NCBI GenBank assembly: GCA_025603075.1
Contig: MU626335.1
Location: 28,116 to 92,115, forward strand
Length of the DNA stretch: 64,000 bases
From: Neoconidiobolus thromboides FSU 785
Lineage: Eukaryota; Fungi; Entomophthoromycota
Reading direction: 5' to 3'
The position numbers and the translations under genes are program-made. Numbering within the stretch: the first letter of the stretch is position 1; the number at the start of each line of letters is the position of its first letter. The notes under the pieces are model-generated. The model saw nothing but the letters and a program-made list of their open reading frames with translations, searched no databases and was not told where the DNA came from. Shown piece by piece: positions 23,518-34,870 of this stretch.

Positions 23518-23614
23518 GGGGATGTATTTTGTATTTAAGAATTTTACTAGCAATTTTTCCACTTGAATAGTGCTTAAAAGATGGAAAAAGCGATGAAGCC
23601 AAAAAAACATCACC
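23518..23614 (+). mobile_element. MITE family 1 copy
   Basis: GGGGATGTATTTT...AAAAAAACATCACC flanked AAAT/AAAT. Confidence 0.85.
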
Positions 23615-24008
23615 AAATGCTGAAATTGATAAAGGCTTTGAATTAGAACTTACTAAATAAGGTAAATTAAAGTGATTTAAAAAAAATCAACTTTAAATTA
23701 AATGATCGAAAAACAGAAGCCCATTTGAATCTTAAATACCAAAAACCAGTCAAGAGAAAAGTAAAAAGTAAAAAATAAAATAAAATATTAATATTCTTAT
23801 TTCCCACTTATTTGAATTAAAAAAAGAACTTTGGGCTTTTAGTTCATCTTTAATTAAATTGATTTTATATCTATTCAATAGAACAGCATTCATTATTTAA
23901 GCCCATTTCTTTTATAATTAACGACCGATTCGAAGAGATTATAAAAACCTAGTTACAATCTTCAAAGTACAATATCAAATCAATCATTCTTAACATTAAA
24001 TCAAAAAA

Positions 24009-24488
24009 ATGAAAGCATCCGTTATTTACACTTCTATCTTATTTGCTATCACTTTAGCTGTACCAATTAATGAACAAGCTAATCAACAAGCTAATACTTC
24101 TACTTCATCTAATACAGATGGTAAAGTAGATGGTAAAGGTTTTGATTACAATGGCTATGGCGGCTATGGAGGTTATCCCTATAGCGGAGGTTATGGAGGC
24201 TATAATGGTTATAATGGAGGTTATAATGGAGGTTATAATGGAGGTTATCCTTATAATTATAATTATGGGACTAATTTTCAACAACCACAATCACAACCAC
24301 AACAACAACAGCAATCGGGAGGTATTTTAAATGGGTTATTAGGACCTAATGGTTTAGTTGGTGGTTTAGTTGGTGGCTTATTAGGCGGCGGTAGAGGACA
24401 AGCTCAAGGACAAGCTCAAGGACAAAGTAATGGACTATTAGGTGGATTGTTAGGTGGTGGTAACGGCGGTCTTTTAGGAATTTTATAG
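24009..24488 (+). CDS. Secreted Gly/Tyr-rich protein, array member 2 (159 aa)
   Basis: MKASVIYTSILFAITLAVP signal, KVDGKGF junction, GGYNGGY repeats, a Gln run, and GGILNGLLGPNGLVGGLVGGLLG...GLLGGLLGGGNGGLLGIL. TATAAAA ~70 nt upstream. Confidence 0.85.
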   Translation: MKASVIYTSILFAITLAVPINEQANQQANTSTSSNTDGKVDGKGFDYNGYGGYGGYPYSGGYGGYNGYNGGYNGGYNGGYPYNYNYGTNFQQPQSQPQQQQQSGGILNGLLGPNGLVGGLVGGLLGGGRGQAQGQAQGQSNGLLGGLLGGGNGGLLGIL

Positions 24489-25260
24489 ATAGGTAGGAGT
24501 AGAGTTTAACTTATTCTCTGCGAATTATATATATATTTATATTAAAATAAAAAATGAATTGAAAATTCGATTTTGTTAATGAATAATAATATAATTATAA
24601 TTTTGACATTTAAAATCTAAAAACTATCATTTCTATATTTAAATTAAAAATAAACATATATGATTTAAGTTTAATTTATAAAATACATTATTGATTGTTT
24701 TTTATTAATTTGTTCATTTTTCATTCAACGTAAAATTTACAAAATTACTATTTAATTATTTAAAAAAATCTTTAATATGCTTTATCTTATAATTCGAAAA
24801 GATGAGTAATTTTTATGAAATTTATTTTTTATTTATACTTTTGTACAAAATATTAAGATCAGAGAATAATTTTACCTTAGGTTTAAAGTTAGCTATAGTT
24901 TTTTCATATTATCTACAAAAAGTGCTCAAAATTAACTAATCAATATGAAAGAAACATCAAAAGCATAAAGCTTGTTTTAATTTATACTGAGAATTAATAA
25001 AGTTATAACAATTTAACCCAATATTTACTAGTTTACTATCTAACAGTCAATCCACAAACCGTAGCTCTATTAAATCACTACAATGTTAATTGAGTTAACA
25101 AACAAATCTTAATATATCTAATGAAGCCTATTTATTTCAACTAACAACTGCAAAACTAAAAGATATGTAAAAGAGAAACTATTACCTTTAAAATAAACAT
25201 AAAAAACTTCAATTTTGAGTTTAATTTTAACTTTAACTTTAACTTTAACCTTACTTAAGA

Positions 25261-25689
25261 ATGAAAGCTTTCTTTATTTTTATTTCATATTTATTCTCCT
25301 TAGTATTAAGTGAAGCAACTGAAGAACAAATCCTTACTGCTGATACTCAAGCTTCTACTAATATCAAACAAGCTTTCGCTTATACTCCTATAATTGGTAA
25401 ATCTTTCAATTACTCAGGTTATCGTAGTTTTAACAACTACCATAATTATGGAAGTAACGGTCACTCTTAACAACAACAGCAACAACAGTCGGGTGGTCTA
25501 TTAGATGGCATAATAGGATCTGATAGTTTAATTGGTAGATTAATTAAATCTAGTAATTTGATTCCAGGTATTGTTAATGGAGTGATTGGAGGACTTACTG
25601 ACCATAATGCATATGATTAAGAATAAGGACAAAATAATGGATTGTTAGATGAGGTTATTGAAATGAGACAATATACCTCTTTTAAATAG
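25261..25689 (+). pseudogene. Array member 3, truncated by TAA codons
   Basis: MKAFFIFISYLFSLVLSEA...IIGKSF...*QQQQQQSGGLLDGIIG...LIPGIVNGVIGGL...D*E*GQNNGLLD. TAA at 25468, 25618 and 25624 align with CAA codons of member 2. Confidence 0.8.
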
Positions 25690-25828
25690 TTTATAAAAGA
25701 TGAGGGGTTCGGAAGTTATTTATGGCCTTGGGATTATTAAATTTAAATTTATGTTTATATTGGAATAAAAAAGGAATTGGAATTAGTGTTGGTTTTATAA
25801 ATTTTGGAAAGAATGAATTTTATAATAT

Positions 25829-25993
25829 TTAGCTGCTGCAACTTTATTGTAGTCAAATCTGCAGTGATTTTTAGAATCAATTATTGTTTATTTGGTTTTT
25901 TAGAGCCTAGGTTTTTATTATAATCTGATTTTATCAAAATATTATTTCTAAATAAACAGTTAATTAGGTCATAAAAAAGCTTTAGCAGCTGTA
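25829..25993 (+). mobile_element. MITE-like family 3 copy
   Basis: Left end TTAGCTGCTGCAACTTT and right end AAAGCTTTAGCAGCTGTA (imperfect inverted pair). Shares GTGATTTTTA and GGTCATAAAA with the other copies. Confidence 0.45.
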
Positions 25994-26635
25994 TTAATAA
26001 AAAGTTGAAAGAAATATACACTTAAAAAAATCCAACTACAGTTATTGGGAGTCTGTTGGGACCTAATTTGTGGTAATTTTTAGAGTCAGTTGCTTTATTT
26101 TTTTGATGTTTAATAAAGATTTTATTCACTGTTAGATGAATCTTACTCATAAATGTGTAGTTAAAATTATATTGTAAAAGAGCCTCAACAGTTGGATTTA
26201 GGAATAAAAAACTTCTAAGAGTTTCAAATCGGGAAAAAAATTGACCGAGTTAATTTACCCATATTAATCTTACATATTAAGTTGTTTTTTGTATTTTTGG
26301 AATCTTTATGCAAGTAAAAGTGTTTAAAAAGTGATTGAATAACCACTGCAAAAGTTAAAAAAATTAACATTGAATTCAGTGTTAATTTTACATGTCGAGA
26401 ATAGCTTCTGCTGCAGTCGATAACATATTACTTACCATGTGTATGAAAAATTCCGAACATATAATGAGTGACTTATTAGGACCATTTAGGCTTTACTTTC
26501 AATACCAAAACTACCTGGGCTTTAATTTTTAGTTTCTTATTAACATGAATAAAAAAAGTAAATTATAGTTTCATAATAATTTATAGATTAGATTCGATCA
26601 ATCTAAGAAAGATTTCGAAATCTACAACAATATAT

Positions 26636-26732
26636 AGGGATATTTTTTTTGGCTTCATTGTTTTTTCCATCTTTTAAGCACTATTTAAGTGGAAAAATTG
26701 CTAGTAAATTCTCAAATACAAAATACATCCCC
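26636..26732 (-). mobile_element. MITE family 1 copy
   Basis: AGGGATATTTTTTT...AAAATACATCCCC flanked ATAT/ATAT. Confidence 0.85.
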
Positions 26733-26922
26733 ATATCGTTTAGTCAACCTATACTCACTACTTTAAATTTAATGTTTTCTTCCTAGAATGAAAAGTTAGA
26801 ACTTTTCTATAGTAAACGCTACCTTGGACATTGTTTTAACAAAAAAGTAGAATAAAAACAAAGTTCTCAAGTAAAAAAAGAAAGGAATAAAAATCAATTC
26901 AAATCATACATCTTGAAATTAA

Positions 26923-26930
26923 AAGCCCAT
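26923..26930 (+). promoter_or_regulatory. Candidate upstream motif AAGCCCAT of the secreted-gene array (example site)
   Basis: Also at 23717, 23899 and 28379, on the minus strand at 21530-21537, and as variant AAGCGCAT at 30371. All lie 110-295 nt upstream of array start codons. Confidence 0.4.
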
Positions 26931-27188
26931 TTTAATATTCAAAACAAAAATATTAAATATTAAAACTAGTTTAAAAGTTTAATTCAATGTCTTATTATTC
27001 TTATCTACATAACAATAAAGTAATCACGGCTTTCTACTTCAATCTAAAAATAAATTCTTTTAACAAACAAATGACAATTTACTTCTCTAAGCGCATTTAT
27101 TTAATACTATAATTACCAACTAATGACTATCGCCAAAATAATATATAAATGCCTGAAAACTATCTTCAAAATATAAAAAAACAAAATA

Positions 27189-27587
27189 ATGAAAACATAC
27201 ATTACATACATTCCTTTTTTATCAGCACTTACCCTAAGCTCACCAACAGATGAAAAAGTATCTAGTGAATTACAAGCTTCTAGTGATACTTCTGTAGATA
27301 ATAAAAGCTTCCTTTTCAACGGTAACAACGGTAACAACGGCAACAATAGAGGTAATAGAGGAAATAATTATCGTCAGCGCTGCCCTTTCTTTAATGGGTC
27401 TACTGGCTCTTCTGTAGATGGTAAAAGTTTGCTTTCGAGTGGTAAAAGCTGTCCCTTCCTTAAAAGATATAAAAGTGCTGGTCAACAACAACCTCAACCT
27501 CAACTACAATTTGATCCCCAGCCTCAAGAACCTCAACAAATACCCAAGCGTCAACAACAGCAACACCAAAAACAACAGCAACAATAA
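27189..27587 (+). CDS. Secreted Asn/Gln-rich protein, array member 4 (132 aa; C-terminus probably truncated)
   Basis: MKTYITYIPFLSALTLSSP signal, SVDNKSF and SVDGKSL junctions, two CPF motifs. Ends at a TAA inside a CAA run; a GGDLINEKDL remnant follows in a shifted frame. Confidence 0.7.
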   Translation: MKTYITYIPFLSALTLSSPTDEKVSSELQASSDTSVDNKSFLFNGNNGNNGNNRGNRGNNYRQRCPFFNGSTGSSVDGKSLLSSGKSCPFLKRYKSAGQQQPQPQLQFDPQPQEPQQIPKRQQQQHQKQQQQ

Positions 27588-28641
27588 CAATAACCGGGTT
27601 GGTGGGGATTTAATAAACGAAAAAGATCTGTAATATTTTTTATTTCTCTCTTCATAGTTTTTATATTTGTATTTTAATTTGCTTTTAAAAATTGAGTTAA
27701 TACCAATTATAAGCGTTTATAAATTGTCCTCAAATTAATGACATTTATTGAGAGGTAACAAATAATGTGACAACCTTTTTAAAAAAACTTGAAATCATAA
27801 ACCCTTTTAAAGTTTATTTATTGAACAATTTTGTTGAGGATATGGTTTAACGAAAGGGTATCAAAGATTGATAAAATAACGATTTCCATATTTTAGTAAT
27901 TTAAAATACTATAGCACTATACTTCGGTCAATTTTAATTTTATACACTAACTTACAATTAATAAATAATGAATACAATTTATATTGATATACTAGATCCA
28001 TATCAAATACTAAAAAGGTATATTTAAGAGCTAGTAAACTGTGTACTTACTATATTTACACGGGTTTTGTTTACATTTAGTAAATTTGAAAATTTATCTA
28101 AAGTTAATAAAAATTACTAGTTTGACTTGATCTAAATTCCCAAAATTTATAAGTGTATGTTTTCTTAATTTATTCTTTTGTTCACTTTTTATATAATATA
28201 AAACCTAAAAATAGCTTATGAATGAATACTAAAATAAAAAACATTACCATGTTCTTATTTTAGAACTAAAGAAAAAACACTATTTTCATAGTATTCTGCT
28301 TGAATTCTAATTTTGAGCTGAGTTTTACTCACATTATTTAGACAGCTAAAAATCAACTCAAGTTAAATACAAAACTGAAAGCCCATCTTAACATCAAAGC
28401 AAAGGGATCGCTAAAGAATAGCAATAGTATAATCTGATATGTTAGTATTTTATCACTACAAGGAAACAATGGCAGTAATCTTTCACTTCAATTCGAAATT
28501 GAACTGCTCTGGTAAACAAACAGCAACCTTAATTGATTAATCGCATAGATTCAATAATGATATAGCCAGTCTATAGTTACTTATCAAGAGATATATAAAG
28601 TCCTAACTTAATCTTCAAAAAATCAACAAAACAAAAAAATA

Positions 28642-29056
28642 ATAAAAGTATTTCTTGTCTATACTTCCTTGTTATTGGCTTTATTTTTAGTGTCTCAATT
28701 GATGAAAATATCTTTAATGACCTACAATTAAGTGCATGCACCTATATAACTAGTAAAAGTTTTCATTCCAAGGATAAAAAAGACTGTGATTGCAATGAAA
28801 TGTACCCAGTAGTGGTTATAAAATTGGAAATTATAAACAGAGCGATCACTCCACATAGAGCCATGGAAGTGTTAATCAGCTTTACCCTCAGCAACCTATG
28901 CAGCCTGAAAAGCCCAAAAAACCTCATCAAACTCATCCACTTCAAAGGCCTCACCAAATTCAACAGCGATAACGACACTTATAAGGTGGTGGATAGCAGC
29001 AAAAGCAATCGGATGGTGGCGACAATGGTAGAGATGTCCTTTCAGGGATTTTTTAA
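28642..29056 (+). pseudogene. Array member 5, pseudogene
   Basis: Start ATG replaced by ATA (ATA AAA GTA TTT CTT GTC TAT), frameshifts, ITSKSF junction, P/Q-rich block with TAA/TAG, ending QSDGGDNGRDVLSGIF*. Confidence 0.7.
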
Positions 29057-29932
29057 TTAATGTTAATTTACTTCATTTTTTATTATTCGGATTTTGCTTC
29101 GATATGTCTCCAAATAAAAACTAACTTTAAGCTAGAGTTATTTTATAATATTTGTAAACTATTTTTTGATAATCCAAAGTTTTATCAAGGGGTAATTATA
29201 GATACAGTTAATTTTATATTTATCAAAGGTGTAAAACTATTGTGTGTTTATTTATTTAGCATATTTAAGGGATGGTTTAATGAAGGAATAATAAAGGTTT
29301 AAAAAAATGAATCTTGATAGATCAATGATAATAGAATTATCTGTTAGTTTCATTTAACTCTATTTTATATATTATCTTACACTTAATAAAAAAAGAAACA
29401 CAACAAACGTTTTATCATTGTATTTAGTATTGCTATTTTTTAGCATTTACTCGACTCATTACTATTAGAGATGATTAAAAGCCAATATAATATACATTAA
29501 TAAAAGAAATCTATGTTAAATATCAAAAATATTTTACCCAAAGTCTAACAGTCTAAGCATATACCATTATACCATTACTCTATTGCTTAATTATCTATTA
29601 CTTAATTATCTATTGGTTAATTATCTATGGCATGTTTAAAAAATGATTTAATTAAAATTTCAATCAAAATCAAAATCAAAATCAAAATTGAAAAAATTAG
29701 TGAGCTTCATTGTTTATTAATTATCCATTCTTATGCAGCATTAAATTTTAGAAAAATCATTGCAAAAAAACATTTCCAAATAATTTTAAAGTTAATGTTG
29801 ACTTCTCCATACTATTCAGTTTATTCTTTATTTTTTATAAGAGATCATCCGGAAAATAATTGTACCTTGGGTCAAAATTTATCCACATATTGTTACAATT
29901 TAGACCATCTTTGAACTTTTTAATGCTTAAAG

Positions 29933-30120
29933 TATAGCTATTGCAGCTTTTTTACAAACTATTTAGCATGAATTTTTAGAATTAACTAATTTTTATAAAA
30001 GAGTTTTTGATGCACAATTCTTATATTTTGGAGAACTTTAGTAGTAACTTTATTCTTAAATAAACTGAAAAATAGTTGAAAATAGTTTTAACAGAGGTAA
30101 TTAGCTTTCAAAACTAGGTT
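29933..30120 (+). mobile_element. MITE-like family 3 copy (degenerate)
   Basis: TATAGCTATTGCAGCTTTTTTACAAACTATTTAGCATGAATTTTTAG resembles the 31871 left end. Confidence 0.4.
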
Positions 30121-30663
30121 AATTTTTGACTATCTTTCACTATACAGTTATTTCATCTCTCTTTTAGATAGCTAATAATTCATTTAAGAGTAAATATTTA
30201 TCTAAAAGTAGTTGTATATATGAATGAGATTTTAAAAATTAGTTATAAAAATTGATAAAAATTAATATTAAACTTCGCAAAAAAGATGAAACGTAAAAGT
30301 CGAATTTATTTTTTATTCATGCAAAATGAAAAGAATAAAAATCAACCTAAATTTAAAGTAATAAAGCTGAAAGCGCATTTTAGCATTTGAAGGAAAAAAA
30401 TCAACATAAAGAAGTGCTAACGATTTAGCTCAATATTTTATAGCTTTATACTTGCACAATAATAGATTATTCAAGGCTTTCTATTTCAATTCAAAGTTGA
30501 AGTGTCCTAGTAAAAAACAACGTTCATTAACTATGCGCAATTCATTCAATATTATAATTATTAAGTTGTAACTACTTGTTAAAAAGATATATAAAGACAC
30601 TAGCTTTTAATCATTCAAGAAATATTAAGATAACATCCTTGAAATTAAAGGAACGATTAAGCA

Positions 30664-31002
30664 ATGAAAGCATCTCTTATTTATACTTTGGCTTTATTAG
30701 GATATACCTTAGGTGCTCCAACTAGTGAAAATAGTTCTTCAAGTATACATAATTCTACTAATACTTCTATAAATGGTAAAGGTTTCCATTATGATGGTGG
30801 CTATGATGGTGAAAAAGATGGTCGATTTAGCCCTGGAAATTATGAAGGTACTTATAAGCCTCAAATACAAGCTAGACGATTCATACAGCAGCAGCAGGAA
30901 CAGCAACAACAGTTATGGGGCGGTGGGCAACAACAACAGCAACAGCAGTCAGGTGACGGACAACAACAACAACAGCAACAACAATCAGGCTGGTGGTGGT
31001 AA
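30664..31002 (+). CDS. Secreted Gln-rich protein, array member 6 (112 aa, ends SGWWW)
   Basis: MKASLIYTLALLGYTLGAP signal, SINGKGF junction, Gln runs. An out-of-frame SDRLLGLFK* remnant of the GGLLGIL terminus lies at ~31032-31061. Confidence 0.7.
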   Translation: MKASLIYTLALLGYTLGAPTSENSSSSIHNSTNTSINGKGFHYDGGYDGEKDGRFSPGNYEGTYKPQIQARRFIQQQQEQQQQLWGGGQQQQQQQSGDGQQQQQQQQSGWWW

Positions 31003-31614
31003 TAGATGACCATAAAATGTTAGGCCGAAGTAGTGATAGACTTTTAGGATTATTTAAATAGGATATCTTTTATATTTATGCCTCTCCCTACCTGCCAACA
31101 CTTTTTATATTTATATTCATCAAAATAAAAAACAAATTGTTTTTAGGTTATATCCGTTTATATGTTTTTTTTTTGAAATTGGGTTTTTTTACTAAGGAAT
31201 ATGAGTTTTTTTATACATTTGTTGGAGTTTCAGGCTTTCGAATGTCTTTTTACTATATTTAAAGTATACTCTATTAAGAAGTAAAAATATATAACTGTAA
31301 GAAAGTTTTTAGAATTCATGTTATAAAATAATTTAGATTTAGTCTGAATAAATGATAGTTACATGCTATTTTACACTTAAAAGACAAATATGCTCAATTT
31401 TTATTATTTCTGCCACTACTAAAATAAAAAAGTCAACACACATTACAAAATTAAACCCATACAAAATGTCAAATGCCTTTCATTTAAAACTTAGCAACAT
31501 AAATGAATGTATTGAGAACACCAATTGAATATATCGGATATTTTTTCTAATTTTTTGTCCATTTTCTGGCACATAAAATTTAAAAAATATTACTAGCGGA
31601 ATAATAATACATAT

Positions 31615-31711
31615 GGAGGTGTTTTTTTAGTTACATTACTTTTTCTACTTTTCGAGTGCTGTTCGAGTGGAAGATTACTGGTAGGGTTCTTAAGCAAAAA
31701 AACACATCTCT
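31615..31711 (-). mobile_element. MITE family 1 copy
   Basis: GGAGGTGTTTTTTT...AAAAAAACACATCTCT with the family core. Confidence 0.75.
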
Positions 31712-31870
31712 ATAAAAACACTTTATACTGTTATCTTAAAAGTAAACAAAAAAATGTCTCATAGTAGTCACTCTTATTTATAATATTCGTAATAAATCAA
31801 ACTTGAAAAACAATTGAATTTTAAATTTGAATTTACTTAGATTATTTTACATAACCTTGGGATTAAGGTT

Positions 31871-32020
31871 TACAGCTGTTGCAGCTCTTCTACAATTATT
31901 TAGTGATGATTTTTATGGTCAAACTATTTGTATAATCGATTTTTTAAAGTCTTTTCCTTATGTTTTTGCCTAATTTCAACATGAATTTTTTTAAAATGAG
32001 CAGACAACTAGGTCATAAAA
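31871..32020 (+). mobile_element. MITE-like family 3 copy
   Basis: TACAGCTGTTGCAGCTCTT...GATGATTTTTATGG...CAACTAGGTCATAAAA, homologous to 7867-8031. Confidence 0.45.
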
Positions 32021-32282
32021 GGATTGGAATAATAACATGTGTTATTCAAAATGATTAGTTTTATAAATTTTTTAGTTGGCATTTAGGACGAATGTAGCTT
32101 TTGCAGATTTAATACTACCCTAATTGATTGTTTAAAAGCAAATTTTAGTTAAAGATAGTTTAAAAGTAATAATTTGGCTCTAAAAAAAATCAACCAGGCA
32201 AATAGCAAACTCTAAAATTTATCACCAATTTGTTGTGATAGGTTCTAGGAAGATAAATATATATAGTAATATTTTTTTACCA

Positions 32283-32520
32283 ATCGTCCTTTTTTACTAT
32301 TTTAAAGTTTAAAAATTAATTAACCAGTATCTTTTGAGCTTGGATCTGTGCTGGCGAATGATGAATTTTATAACCAGCTATTTGTTCTTCATACTGGTTT
32401 GAGGCTTACTAACTTAACTTTTACTTTAGTTAGCAATTAGCTAGTAGCTAATGCACCTCTAAGTTTAGATAGCATACTGGTTAATTAATTTTTAAATTTA
32501 GAATAGCAAAAAAGGACAAT
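32283..32520. mobile_element. MITE family 2 copy with ~48-65-bp terminal inverted repeats
   Basis: Left ATCGTCCTTTTTTACTATTTTAAAGTTTAAAAATTAATTAACCAGTAT is a near reverse complement of right ATACTGGTTAATTAATTTTTAAATTTAGAATAGCAAAAAAGGACAAT. Confidence 0.75.
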
Positions 32521-32787
32521 TAATAGAAAATATGCTTGATATTAAACTACTAAAAAAATATCTCAACATATTTTTAAAAAAATCTTTAAATTAAAACGCT
32601 AAATCTAAAATACAATTCGATATTTGAAGCAAGACAAATCAATAAAAAGAATAACAACTTTACTCAAATACCTTGTTATTTTATACGTACAAACAATAGT
32701 TTAAATTATTTATCGGATTAGTTAAATAATCTCACTATCAATTTGTAATTGTTTATTAAAAAGATATAAAAATACGATAAATAAATA

Positions 32788-33477
32788 ATAAAATCATCCC
32801 TTGTCAGTATTTCCTTATTTGCTTTAAGTTCAGGTGCCTCAACTGATGAACAAGCTTATATTGACACTCAAGAAAATACCAATACCTCGGAAAAAGTAAA
32901 ATTTTTCTTTACAGAGGTTCCAATGGTAGTAGCAGGGGTTTTAATGGAGGCGCTAGCGCAGGTATTCATGTAAGTATCAATATAAGGTATTCATGTAGGC
33001 TTCAATCGAGGCAATGTTGGGGGTATCAATGGAGGAATCAACATAGGCTTTGATTTAGGTATTAATAGAAGCTTTGATTAAGGTATTGGTATAGGTTTTG
33101 ATGGAGATAATAACCCAAGTTTCAATAGCGATACGAATAGGAGCTTTAATGTAAGTGACCGCAATCAATATTCAAGTGACTCTAACAGTCTTAGAGGCGG
33201 TGGCCAATCTCAAACTCACAGATGCAAACCTCATGGACTTAAACTTCAAAAACCCAGTAGAGCGCATAATGTAGGGAACCATGGTCAAATTTTCTCTAGT
33301 CCAAATAGTTATGAAGATAATGATCAACCTGAAGAACCTTATCCCCAACAATCTCATACTAAACCCCTGCACCAACCAAGTTGACAGAAATAGCAGTAAT
33401 AGTCAAGTGACGGACAACAGTACAACAGTAATCGGGCTACTGGTGGTAATAAAGGTGGTCTTTTGGAGATCTTGTAA
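32788..33477 (+). pseudogene. Array member 7, pseudogene
   Basis: ATA in place of ATG (ATA AAA TCA TCC CTT GTC), signal remnant, GIxxGF(N/D) repeats, P/Q block with TGA/TAG/TAA at Arg/Gln positions, ending GGNKGGLLEIL*. Confidence 0.75.
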
Positions 33478-34561
33478 ATGATAAAATACAAGTTGTTTTT
33501 TACTTTTTTGGTTACGCGTGTTTTATATTATATTTATTCTAGAATAAAAAATAAGTCGGGATTAGCTGCAAGCATTTACTTTTCTTTTAAAATTGTAGAT
33601 TCATTAACGGATAAGGAGTATTGCTTTTTTTCTTTGAAAATAAATGCTTAAGACAATATTTATATCAAATTAATGCTTATTAAGAAAGGCTTTGATTAAG
33701 AGTTGGACGTAAACTGGCAGGCTATAGGGAGTAGCTAGAGTAGATAAGCCAACGTACTCTTCAGTCAAAACTTATTTTAAATAGCTAAGCCAATTTAATT
33801 TAAAACTAAGAAAAAAGTTCATTCAAGGAGATCTGATTGAAAAATACATACATATAAGGATGAATCATCACATCGAAAGCCAGCCACTAGCTTATAGAGT
33901 TATTTATAAATAAGTCAGATAACTGAGACATCAATTGATGATAGTAAAAATTTGAAAAAAAGGGAAGAGGTCATACATAAAAAGGAAGAATCAAATTCAA
34001 TGTCTTGAGCATAACTTAAGATGGCAAGAGAAGCAGAGCACAGAGTTTAGTTAGATCCGAAATCCCAACCAGATAAAAATAATTTTAGACTCTAACTAGA
34101 TTTTATTCTACACTTCTAATTTTCATTTGAATTTGCTATTTCACTTCATTTAGACTCATCCTGATTTTTAGTAAATTTTAATAGCTAAGTTAATTACTGT
34201 TTGGTTTTCCAATCATAAAATTGTTAAAGAAATGATATCAAAAGAGTGTAACGTCAGAAATGCGCTAAAATTAATTTTAATTATACACTTCTAAAACAAT
34301 TTCCTTTTTTATAGTTGCGCTAACTGCCCAGATAAAACATTCAATTATTTTTCTTGATTAGTTTTAATTTGGTGTATACCAATTTATAACTAGATATTAA
34401 AATAAAATAAAAAATACCGATCATTTGAGTATAGTGTTAGATTGCGTTTACTGCTCATCTTTTAAATTGGTATGCAATTAACAATAGCCATCCATTAAAG
34501 GAATATAAAAGAGCACCAATTGTTATCTATAATAAATAAATTCAATATTAAAAAACGTAAA

Positions 34562-34870
34562 ATGAAAGCATCTCTTGTCTATATACCCTTTTTATTAGCT
34601 CTTAATTTAAGTATACCAATTGATGATAAGGGCTCTACAGATGGCCAATCGATTGAAAAAGTTAAAGGTGCTGTTTCGCCTCAACTACAATCAATGAGTG
34701 GTTCTGGGAATCAAGTAGAACATAATGAGCAACGAAACCCTAGAGGTAGAAATTTATTTAGGCAGGCAAAAGCAATTCATGACTTTGGAAGTCTATCAAA
34801 TCAAGACACGCAAAGCAATTTGAATGAAAGGAATGTAAATAATCTAAACCAAGAGGTAAGCCGATCCTGA
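34562..34870 (+). CDS. Small secreted protein, array member 8 (102 aa)
   Basis: MKASLVYIPFLLALNLSIPIDDK signal of the family type, ATG in AAAATG context, TATAAAA ~58 nt upstream. The payload is divergent. Confidence 0.65.
   Translation: MKASLVYIPFLLALNLSIPIDDKGSTDGQSIEKVKGAVSPQLQSMSGSGNQVEHNEQRNPRGRNLFRQAKAIHDFGSLSNQDTQSNLNERNVNNLNQEVSRS

Noticed and set aside
29060-29914. AT-rich ORFs 29060-29302 and 29627-29914 (also 18280-18492, 37593-37781, 40478-40666, 9740-9925)
   Set aside because: Composition dominated by F/I/L/K/N from AT-rich intergenic DNA, with no motifs or paralogs.
33690-34120. Slightly GC-richer stretch, possible TE or gene relic (similar stretches at 8540-8790 and 9640-9960)
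   Set aside because: All frames I translated are stop-ridden and show no recognisable motif.
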